In this document: positions 24,972 to 32,000 of the stretch, piece by piece
How positions within the stretch are numbered: position 1 is the first letter of the stretch
Layout: every line of letters begins with the position of its first letter
DNA from: Acaryochloris thomasi RCC1774
Lineage (GTDB): Bacteria > Cyanobacteriota > Cyanobacteriia > Thermosynechococcales > Thermosynechococcaceae
DNA: 32,000 nucleotides
NCBI RefSeq assembly: GCF_003231495.1
Contig: NZ_PQWO01000001.1
Coordinates: forward strand, 330,001-362,000
Direction: 5' to 3'
Position numbers and translations under genes: made by a program
Notes under the pieces: generated by a model
What the model was told of the DNA's origin: nothing
The model's database searches: none
Seen by the model: only the letters and a program-made list of their open reading frames with translations

Positions 24972-26090
24972 TCATGCGGATGGATTAACTGCGGTAACCA
25001 CTAAGTTATCTCGATGAATGACCGTCTCTGCCCCGGCATAGCCCAAGATATTGGGAATCTCATCTGAGCGTTTGCCCTGAATCTGCTGCAGCTCAGCGCT
25101 GCTGTAGTTGACCAAACCCCGTGCGATTTCTCGGCCCTCCACATCACAAATCTGAACGGATGCTTGGCTATTGAAGTCTCCCTGAGTCGTCACAATCCCC
25201 GCTGCCAAAAGGGATTTGCCAGATTGGATAATGGCCTGTGCCGCTCCTGCATCTAGGCATAGCATCCCCGAAGGAATCAGTGCATGGGCAATCCAGCGTT
25301 TGCGGGCATTAATGGGCTGCTCCTGGGGACTGAACTGCGTCCCAATCTCTTCCCCAGCCAAAATACGGGTAATATTGCTGGCCGTCTTCCCTTGGGTAAT
25401 CACGGTGCGAATCCCGGCCCCTGTTGCGATCTCTGCGGCAATGATTTTAGTGGCCATACCGCCGGTCCCCCACCGTGACTGGGTACCGGCCTGTACCTGC
25501 GCCAGTTCTTCGAGATTCGCGACATGGGTGATGGGCTGAGCATCGGGTTGGGTCCGGGGATCGGCTGAATACAGGCGATCGACGTCGGTGAGCAGGAACA
25601 GCCAGTCGGCTTCGACGAGACCGGCCACGAGGGCCGAGAGGGTGTCGTTATCGCCAAACTTAAGTTCGTCCACGGCGATGGTGTCGTTTTCGTTGACGAT
25701 GGGGACGACGCCAAGGTTGAACAGCTCTTGAAAGGTATTAGAGGCGTTGATGTAGCGGTTGCGATCGCAAAGATCTCCCCTTGTCAGCAGCACTTGGGCA
25801 ATGGGCTGCTGCAGACTCGAAAAAAAATCATCATAGATCCGCATTAAGCGACCCTGACCCACGGCAGCCACAGCCTGCTTAAGCGCCACCTTCCGCGGAC
25901 GTTCGCCCAAACGCAGTCGGGTGCAGCCAACCCCCACCGCCCCCGAGGAAACCAGCACCACGGGGTGCCCCTGCTGGCGAAGCTGGCAGATCACCTCGAC
26001 AAGAGCCGCAATCGTCGCCAGCGCAAGCTGCCCTGTCTCAGGGTTGGTGAGACTAGAGGTTCCAACCTTGATAACGAGCGTTGCGGACAT
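24972..26090 (-). CDS. proB: Glutamate 5-kinase with C-terminal PUA domain
   Basis: The ORF is open to TTG 26108; I prefer ATG 26090 ([15 protein letters not shown]). Amino-acid-kinase fold motifs: [18 protein letters not shown] and [11 protein letters not shown] region: [17 protein letters not shown]. Confidence 0.92.
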   Translation of the reverse strand: MSATLVIKVGTSSLTNPETGQLALATIAALVEVICQLRQQGHPVVLVSSGAVGVGCTRLRLGERPRKVALKQAVAAVGQGRLMRIYDDFFSSLQQPIAQVLLTRGDLCDRNRYINASNTFQELFNLGVVPIVNENDTIAVDELKFGDNDTLSALVAGLVEADWLFLLTDVDRLYSADPRTQPDAQPITHVANLEELAQVQAGTQSRWGTGGMATKIIAAEIATGAGIRTVITQGKTASNITRILAGEEIGTQFSPQEQPINARKRWIAHALIPSGMLCLDAGAAQAIIQSGKSLLAAGIVTTQGDFNSQASVQICDVEGREIARGLVNYSSAELQQIQGKRSDEIPNILGYAGAETVIHRDNLVVTAVNPSA

Positions 26091-26237
26091 AGTGTTGATG
26101 ACCCTCAATTAACAATCCCAAAGAAAGCCCAAAGAAAGATAGTAAAAGGCACCTTTGTACCCGGCCCTTGCGTTAGATTACAACCGAGCTATACGCTCAG
26201 CATAGTGACTACCCGATACATACGGTGAATAAGGCCC

Positions 26238-27824
26238 ATGGATGCAGCGCAACTCTGGCAACGGTATCAGGATTGGCTCTACTACCACGATGGTTTAGGG
26301 ATTTATGTCGATGTTAGCCGCATCCCATTTGATGATGCGTTGGTGACCACTCTGCAGCCTAAATTTCAACAAGCCTTTGCTGAGCTGAAAGCGCTCGAAG
26401 GAGGTGCGATCGCAAATCCAGACGAAGGCCGCATGGTCGGTCATTATTGGCTTCGAGCGCCTGAACTGGCTCCTAATGGCGAATTCAGAAACGAAATCAT
26501 CAAAACCGTCGATAAAATTGAAGCCTTTGCCGCCGACATTCACAGCGGCACCATTCATCCTCCCAACGCGGCTAAATTCACCGATATTATTTCCATTGGC
26601 ATTGGCGGCTCAGCCCTCGGCCCGCAGTTCGTGTCACAGGCACTGGCCCCGCTAGAGGCTCCGCTCAATCTATACTTCATCGACAACGCCGACCCCGCAG
26701 GTATTGACCGCACCCTCGACGAACTGCGCGGTCGACTGGCCACCACTCTCGTCTTAACGATCTCAAAATCTGGCGGCACACCCGAGGCCCGCAACGGCAT
26801 GTTAGAGGTGAAACAGCGGTTCACTGCTCAGGGACTCAACTTTGCCCAGCACGCCGTCGCCATCACCGGATACGAAAGCGCCCTCGACAAAATCGCCCAT
26901 ACTGACGGCTGGATCACCACATTTCCCATGCATGACTGGGTGGGAGGCCGTACCTCAGAACTCTCCGCTGTCGGCTTAGTCCCCGCCGCCTTGCAAGGGA
27001 TCAACATCCGCGAGATGCTGGCCGGAGCAAAGGAGATGGATAGCGCGACCCGAGTACCGGATCTCAAGGCAAATCCCGCCGCCCTGTTGGCCCTAGCGTG
27101 GTATGCCGCAGGAGAGGGGCGAGGCAAAAAAGACATGGTGGTGCTGCCCTACAAAGATAGCCTCATGCTTTTTAGTCGCTATCTGCAGCAGCTCGTGATG
27201 GAGTCTCTGGGTAAAGAAAAGGACCTCGACGGCAACGTCGTCCACCAAGGTATTGCAGTCTACGGCAATAAAGGGTCCACTGACCAGCACGCCTATGTTC
27301 AGCAACTCCGGGAAGGCATTCCCAACTTCTTTATGACCTTTGTTGAAGTTCTCAAAGATCGTCAAGGCCCGTCTCTAGAGCTAGAGCCAGGGGTCACTTC
27401 CGGCGACTATCTGACCGGCTTCTTGCTGGGGACACAGCAGGCACTCTATGAAAACCAGCGGGGTTCGATCACCGTCACCTTACCAGAAGTTACAGCAAAA
27501 ACGGTGGGTGCACTGATTGCACTATATGAGCGAACCGTGACGCTGTATGCCTCTTTGATTCACGTTAACGCATACCATCAACCTGGCGTTGAAGCGGGCA
27601 AAAAAGCCGCATCCGCCAACCTAGCACTGCAGAAGCAGGTCATGCAGGTGCTGCAAAACACTGACGCCCCCGTCACATTGCAAACACTAGCCGAAAAAGC
27701 AGGCGCTCAGGATCGAACCGAAACGGTCTATCGAATTGTGCGACACCTGAATGCCAATATTCAGGGGCTCAGCCTTAAAGGCGATCTAAAGCGCCCAGCC
27801 TCTCTGCAAGTGCTTTTGAAGTAG
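26238..27824 (+). CDS. pgi: Glucose-6-phosphate isomerase
   Basis: 528-aa [35 protein letters not shown] and [15 protein letters not shown] motifs are present. Confidence 0.95.
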   Translation: MDAAQLWQRYQDWLYYHDGLGIYVDVSRIPFDDALVTTLQPKFQQAFAELKALEGGAIANPDEGRMVGHYWLRAPELAPNGEFRNEIIKTVDKIEAFAADIHSGTIHPPNAAKFTDIISIGIGGSALGPQFVSQALAPLEAPLNLYFIDNADPAGIDRTLDELRGRLATTLVLTISKSGGTPEARNGMLEVKQRFTAQGLNFAQHAVAITGYESALDKIAHTDGWITTFPMHDWVGGRTSELSAVGLVPAALQGINIREMLAGAKEMDSATRVPDLKANPAALLALAWYAAGEGRGKKDMVVLPYKDSLMLFSRYLQQLVMESLGKEKDLDGNVVHQGIAVYGNKGSTDQHAYVQQLREGIPNFFMTFVEVLKDRQGPSLELEPGVTSGDYLTGFLLGTQQALYENQRGSITVTLPEVTAKTVGALIALYERTVTLYASLIHVNAYHQPGVEAGKKAASANLALQKQVMQVLQNTDAPVTLQTLAEKAGAQDRTETVYRIVRHLNANIQGLSLKGDLKRPASLQVLLK

Positions 27825-27836
27825 AGAGCTTGCCTA

Positions 27837-27884
27837 GCAAAAAAGAACTGCACCTCAATCAAGGTGCAGTTCTTTTTTTGTTTT
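27837..27884. terminator. Bidirectional rho-independent terminator between pgi (+) and the proline-tailed secreted protein gene (-)
   Basis: Perfect 11-bp stem agaactgcacc (27844-27854) / ggtgcagttct (27863-27873) with an 8-nt loop, flanked by an upstream A-run and a downstream ttttttgtttt. Confidence 0.85.
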
Positions 27885-27905
27885 AATATTTAGCTAAACG
27901 CAATC

Positions 27906-28505
27906 CTACCAAAGTGCAGGGATGGGCACAGGTGCAGGAGGATCAACGGGAGGCGGTGCAGCACCACCGAAAGGTACAGGTGCAACCTCTGGTGGGGGAG
28001 CTTCAACGACGGGAGCGGGCAGAGCACACACTCTAGTTGTACCGATACCTGCATACTGAGTGACGCGAACACGCTCGCCTTCAGCGATACCGAGTCGAGA
28101 AGCAGTCTCAGGCGCAACGGTTGTACTTAAGGGAGCCGTCCCTCCATCAGGAAGGAAGGTCACCTGATCGCCTTCGATTCGCTCAACTGTACCCTCGACG
28201 ACCTGATCTTCAACAGGCGGCTGTAGGCTTTTAACGACGCCCTTACGATTGGTGTCAAAAACGATCAAATCACCAGGACCAACATTTTCAGGTGCTGTTA
28301 CTCCTTCACCTAGGGGGTAGACCTGCGTTGTCCCATCCGCTTGCCTTACCTGAAGGGCCTGACTGTCAATGGACTGAACGAGGCCGTAATTATTGCCTTT
28401 AGGGGCTGAATCAGGGGTAATCTCTTGTGCTTGTGCGGCTTTAGGTGCTAAAGCTGCGGCACTAACGAGTAGCGCGACCCCAGCGCCTGTAAATAGTTTT
28501 TTCAT
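27906..28505 (-). CDS. Secreted hypothetical protein with a proline-rich C-terminal tail
   Basis: The ORF is open to 28577; I prefer ATG 28505 (MKKLFTGAGVALLVSAAALAPKAAQAQE signal peptide) with AGGGA upstream. The C-terminus is PAPVVEAPPPEVAPVPFGGAAPPPVDPPAPVPIPALW. No family recognised. Confidence 0.55.
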   Translation of the reverse strand: MKKLFTGAGVALLVSAAALAPKAAQAQEITPDSAPKGNNYGLVQSIDSQALQVRQADGTTQVYPLGEGVTAPENVGPGDLIVFDTNRKGVVKSLQPPVEDQVVEGTVERIEGDQVTFLPDGGTAPLSTTVAPETASRLGIAEGERVRVTQYAGIGTTRVCALPAPVVEAPPPEVAPVPFGGAAPPPVDPPAPVPIPALW

Positions 28506-28626
28506 GGGGATTCCCTTGCAACACCTCAATATAACGTCCATACAATACCCCCCAGTATCTATTGCTCTATTATGCATAGAATCTTAGGAATTGGTAAGGG
28601 GTAACGATGTTTATTTTCATGGTTCT

Positions 28627-29487
28627 ATGGATTTTTTGAAATCGCGTAGCAATTCGTTATCCCTAGTCCTTAAAAAAGTTGTTCGATTATATCATCCCCA
28701 ATATTCAGGGGTTGCTTTAGTGCTTTTTCTGGTTTTACTTGCGATCCTGAGCCCCATACTCCTGCCGATAGAGCCGGTGGCCAACTACACCTCTCGTTTG
28801 CAGCCTCCGAGTTTTCGCCATTGTTTGGGTACCGATGGCTTGGGCCGCGATATCTTGCCGCTATTGTTTCACGGGCTGCGTATTTCTTTAGGACTCAGCC
28901 TAGCGGCAGTGGGGTCAGGCTTTGTCATTGGCACCAGCCTAGGGTTAATGGCGGGATATGCGCGGGGTGGGCTGGATTTGCTGGTGGGCTGGATCACTGA
29001 TATTTTGCTGGCTTTTCCGTCTATTTTGCTTGCGATCGCAATTGCCACCTTCAGAGAACCAGGACTGGTGAGTACCGCCCTAGCCGTTGCCATTGTCCAG
29101 ATCCCGACCTTTGCGCGACTGAGCCGCAGCGTCACTCTTTCAGCACGCGATCAGCCTTTTGTAGACGCAGTAAGAGCCTTGGGCGCATCACCACTGCGTA
29201 TTTTGTGGACCCACATCTTGCCCTTCAGCCTACCGCCCCTAATCGTACAGGCCACCCTAGCAATGGGCACCGCCACCTTAGAAGCTGCAGGCTTAGGTTT
29301 TTTAGGACTCAGTGCCCAGCCACCAACCCCTGAACTGGGAACAATGGTGGCCGACGCCTTTAGAAACGGATATGCCCTTTCCGCCCCTTGGACCATTCTT
29401 AGCCCTGGGCTAGTGATTATGTTGCTGGTTTTATCATTTACGCTTCTGGGAGACGGACTACGAGATCGCCTCGATCCCAAAACCTAA
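28627..29487 (+). CDS. ABC transporter permease, DppC/OppC (peptide/nickel) type
   Basis: The ORF is open from TTG 28591; the first ATG is at 28627. N-terminal LGTDGLGRDILP motif, multiple TM helices, and EAA-loop-like DAVRALGASPLRILWTHILP. No partner ABC genes are adjacent. Confidence 0.8.
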   Translation: MDFLKSRSNSLSLVLKKVVRLYHPQYSGVALVLFLVLLAILSPILLPIEPVANYTSRLQPPSFRHCLGTDGLGRDILPLLFHGLRISLGLSLAAVGSGFVIGTSLGLMAGYARGGLDLLVGWITDILLAFPSILLAIAIATFREPGLVSTALAVAIVQIPTFARLSRSVTLSARDQPFVDAVRALGASPLRILWTHILPFSLPPLIVQATLAMGTATLEAAGLGFLGLSAQPPTPELGTMVADAFRNGYALSAPWTILSPGLVIMLLVLSFTLLGDGLRDRLDPKT

Positions 29488-29722
29488 AACCGCGATGGCA
29501 GGCACAGGCTTACAGCGTTCGGTTGCTGTCCTTCTCCACCTACTAATACAGGTGTAATACTAACGGCAGTCCCAAGCCTGATAACCTGTGGCCAGGAACT
29601 GCTGATTAAAACTGCGCGTCGGAAGTTCCCATACTCCCTCAGGAACTCTCATGAAGCCTTGACGGCAGGACCGGTCCCTGAGTGAATGTTGGCGACCGAC
29701 CGTATGTGATGGATAACAATTG

Positions 29723-31483
29723 ATGAATCGCTACTTGCTTCCGCTCCCCATTATTGCTGGCATGAGTCTGGCCGCCAGTGTCCCGAGCGCCCCTATTTTT
29801 GCCCAAGCCGTCACGCAACAAGGGACTCAAATTCAGCTCAATGGCAAAACCTTTAATGCCGCCTGGGGTGCTTGGGCTTCTGGCTCGGGGCAAACCATCG
29901 GCATCAGCGACAGTGGCCTGCGGCAGCGCATCGGCGCTGACTTACTCAGCACCAACACCCCTGAGCGGCAGCCCATCAACTGGTTTACAAGTCAACCCAC
30001 CGTACTGGCCGCCCGACATGCTCCCTCGGGTGCCTATCGATATTTAGACGTGACCTCCTTTGCTCAGACCTTCGGCTGGCAGATGCAGCCCCAGGGTAAT
30101 GTGCTGCGAATCCAGGCCCCTGCCGCCCAGGCTCAGTCTGTTCGTCTTGGGCGACAGACATGGGGGCATCGCGTGGTGGTAGATCTAGATCGCCCCGCTG
30201 CTTGGCGAATGACCGACCTCACCGTGAGCCGAGATGCGGTGAAGCCACGAACCTTCAGCTTGACCCTTGATGCCGCCGCGGCTTCTGCAGCGCTGCAGCG
30301 CTGGAAAGGCTCTAGCACTGAAGCCTTAAGAAATCTTGAAGTTAAGCCTCAGGCAGGGCAAACCGTTATTACAGGGGAAATTGCGGGCAATATGCGGCCT
30401 CAGATTTCAATGGTCCCTAACCCCAATCGGTTGGTGATTGATATTTTGGCCAGTGCTCCGCAGCCCCGCAGCATTCTCTGGGCGCCGGGTCTGCGGTGGC
30501 AAGAACAATCCGTGACGCTGGGCAATCGGCAGTTTCCGGTGGTGTGGCTGGCGCTTGATGCGCAGCAGGGGCTAAAAATGCAGCCAATTTGGGGCAATCC
30601 CAACGCGCTGGTGGGCATTAACCCGCTGCTCTCGATTGCTGAGCGATCGCAAGTCGCAGCAGCCATCAACGGTGGTTATTTCAATCGTAACAATCAAACC
30701 ACGCTAGGGGCACTTCGGCGGGCAGGGCAGTGGATTTCTAGCCCTGTTCTCGGTCGTGGGGTCGTGGCCTGGAGCGATCAGGGGCAGTTGGCGATGGGCC
30801 GTCTTGCCCTACGGGAAACGCTGGTGACGCCCAGTGGTCAACTACCGATCGTCTCCCGAGATAGCGGCTATCCACAGCGCGGCATTGCTCTCTATTCTCC
30901 TGTTTGGGGGGCTAGCTATACGCCGATTTTAGAAACTGAGAAAATTATTTCAGTGGTCAACGATCGCGTCGTTGATCAGAAAGACAGTAAAAGTGCAGCT
31001 TCTTTCCCAATCCCTAGAAATGGCTACCTATTGGTGCTGCGCTCCTTTGATGCGGGCACCGCTCTAGCATCGGGCAATTCACTGTCAATTCAAACAACGG
31101 CTCTCCCAACTCAATTTAATCAGTTCCCTAATATTGTCGGGGCCGGTCCACTCCTGGTTCAGAACAGCCAGATCGTTTTGAATGCCGCCACCGAGCAGTT
31201 CCGTCCGCCCTTTGATACCCAGTCCGCCCCCCGCAGCGCGATCGCTCAGCAGGCCGACGGTACGATTCTGCTGGCGGCGGCCCACAACCGCATCAATGGC
31301 CCCGGCCCCAACCTCAGGGAATGGGCTGAGATTTTGCGAAAGATGGGGGCAACGCAGGCTCTCAACCTTGACGGTGGCAGTTCCACGGCCCTCTATTTAG
31401 GTGGGCAGCTTTTAGATCGTCATCCAGGGACCGCTGCCCGCGTTCAGAATGCCATCGGCGTGTCGCTTTCTCAGTCGCCGTAG
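29723..31483 (+). CDS. Secreted phosphodiester glycosidase family protein (DUF2233/NAGPA-like) with N-terminal accessory domains
   Basis: ATG 29723, one codon after TTG 29720. Signal peptide ...SAPIFAQA. C-terminal family motifs AAINGGYFN and ALNLDGGSSTALYLGG. The middle region has AMIN-like strands (HRVVVDLDRP ... PNRLVIDIL); the AMIN call is low confidence. Confidence 0.7.
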   Translation: MNRYLLPLPIIAGMSLAASVPSAPIFAQAVTQQGTQIQLNGKTFNAAWGAWASGSGQTIGISDSGLRQRIGADLLSTNTPERQPINWFTSQPTVLAARHAPSGAYRYLDVTSFAQTFGWQMQPQGNVLRIQAPAAQAQSVRLGRQTWGHRVVVDLDRPAAWRMTDLTVSRDAVKPRTFSLTLDAAAASAALQRWKGSSTEALRNLEVKPQAGQTVITGEIAGNMRPQISMVPNPNRLVIDILASAPQPRSILWAPGLRWQEQSVTLGNRQFPVVWLALDAQQGLKMQPIWGNPNALVGINPLLSIAERSQVAAAINGGYFNRNNQTTLGALRRAGQWISSPVLGRGVVAWSDQGQLAMGRLALRETLVTPSGQLPIVSRDSGYPQRGIALYSPVWGASYTPILETEKIISVVNDRVVDQKDSKSAASFPIPRNGYLLVLRSFDAGTALASGNSLSIQTTALPTQFNQFPNIVGAGPLLVQNSQIVLNAATEQFRPPFDTQSAPRSAIAQQADGTILLAAAHNRINGPGPNLREWAEILRKMGATQALNLDGGSSTALYLGGQLLDRHPGTAARVQNAIGVSLSQSP

Positions 31484-31675
31484 CTTAGATTACTTCCTGT
31501 TCCTGCGTAAAGGTGTTAAATCCTAAAGATATGAACTGTAGAGACCTTAATGTAGATGATTTCAGATCGGCTGAGTATACTTGGGATAGCAGTAGATGCG
31601 ATCTGAGGGGTAGATTCAGCATCTGCTTCAAATCAAAGCTTTTTCATCCATTTGCACGTAATCTGAGGAATTGTT

Positions 31676-32000
31676 GTGACTCAAGCTACTCAATCTAAGA
31701 ATTTAGCGCTAACTGTCCCTGATCACAATGGTCTTGCGGCTACCGAGCTGCGGCCCTGGGGATCTTTCACCATCTTAGAAGAAGGGCACGGCTATAAGAT
31801 TAAGCGCATTGAGGTCAAGCCTGGGCATCGCCTCAGCTTACAAATGCACCACCACCGCAGCGAACACTGGATCGTGATTGCGGGCATTGCCAAGGTGCAG
31901 CGCAACGAAGAAGAGACAATGCTCAGTACAAATGAATCAACCTACGTGCCTCGATTTACATCTCACCGCCTTGAGAACCCAGGCATGGTTCCATTGGTCT
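31676..32000 (+). CDS. Mannose-6-phosphate isomerase type II cupin-domain protein (5' part; runs off the window)
   Basis: Not in the ORF track because it is open-ended. GTG 31676 is preceded by GAGGAA (31665-31670) and an in-frame TGA at 31664. My translation: ...RPWGSFTILEEGHGYKIKRIEVKPGHRLSLQMHHHRSEHWIVIAG..., the classic ManC C-terminal cupin motif. Confidence 0.75.
   Translation, partial: MTQATQSKNLALTVPDHNGLAATELRPWGSFTILEEGHGYKIKRIEVKPGHRLSLQMHHHRSEHWIVIAGIAKVQRNEEETMLSTNESTYVPRFTSHRLENPGMVPLV

Noticed and set aside
31513-31698. 61-aa plus-strand ORF upstream of, and overlapping, the cupin gene start.
   Set aside because: It has a non-ATG start, an odd Cys/Arg-rich composition and no motif. 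It overlaps the well-supported cupin ORF, which has its own GAGGAA Shine-Dalgarno.
1-32000. Search by eye for CRISPR arrays, tRNA/rRNA/tmRNA genes, IS elements or transposases, integrases, and known defence-system signatures.
   Set aside because: I saw no regularly spaced direct repeats, no cloverleaf-compatible sequences in the intergenic regions and no transposase or integrase-like ORFs. The only AAA+ and nucleotide-binding proteins are RuvB and MoxR, with ordinary motifs. Absence by eye is not proof; tRNAscan, Infernal and a defence-system finder would settle it.

Overview
This is a chromosomal segment from a cyanobacterium. I count 19 perfect copies of the HIP1 octamer GCGATCGC by eye, where about 0.5 would be expected by chance, and the gene content is typical of cyanobacteria. 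I support about 30 protein-coding genes and recognise no rRNA, tRNA, CRISPR array, IS element or prophage. Housekeeping genes: cytoplasmic AmyA-type GH13 alpha-amylase, thioredoxin, ruvB, trmFO, ribF, proB, pgi and a MoxR-type AAA+ ATPase. Signalling genes: an orphan receiver protein, and a compact three-gene operon of an Rcp-type single-domain response regulator followed by two REC-HisKA-HATPase hybrid kinases with no recognisable sensor domain. Ion homeostasis: adjacent MscS-family and bestrophin-family channel genes. Envelope and secreted proteins: a triple-SLH protein, a GHL10-type glycosidase-like protein, a phosphodiester glycosidase (DUF2233-type), an acidic secreted protein, a proline-tailed secreted protein, a putative lipoprotein esterase and an orphan DppC/OppC-type permease. 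Cyanobacterial families of unknown function: two tandem DUF2294 paralogues and a DUF1830 gene translationally coupled to an 89-aa ORF. A visibly low-GC, HIP1-free patch (about 19.65-21.27 kb) carries a solitary sulfotransferase-family gene and looks horizontally acquired. I could not demonstrate a clearly new multi-gene system from sequence alone. The best candidates for follow-up are the sensor-less REC-gated kinase cascade, the low-GC sulfotransferase islet, a weakly shared C-terminal module in two secreted proteins, and the DUF2294 pair with a convergently overlapping receiver gene. All family calls rest on motif recognition and recall, not on database searches.
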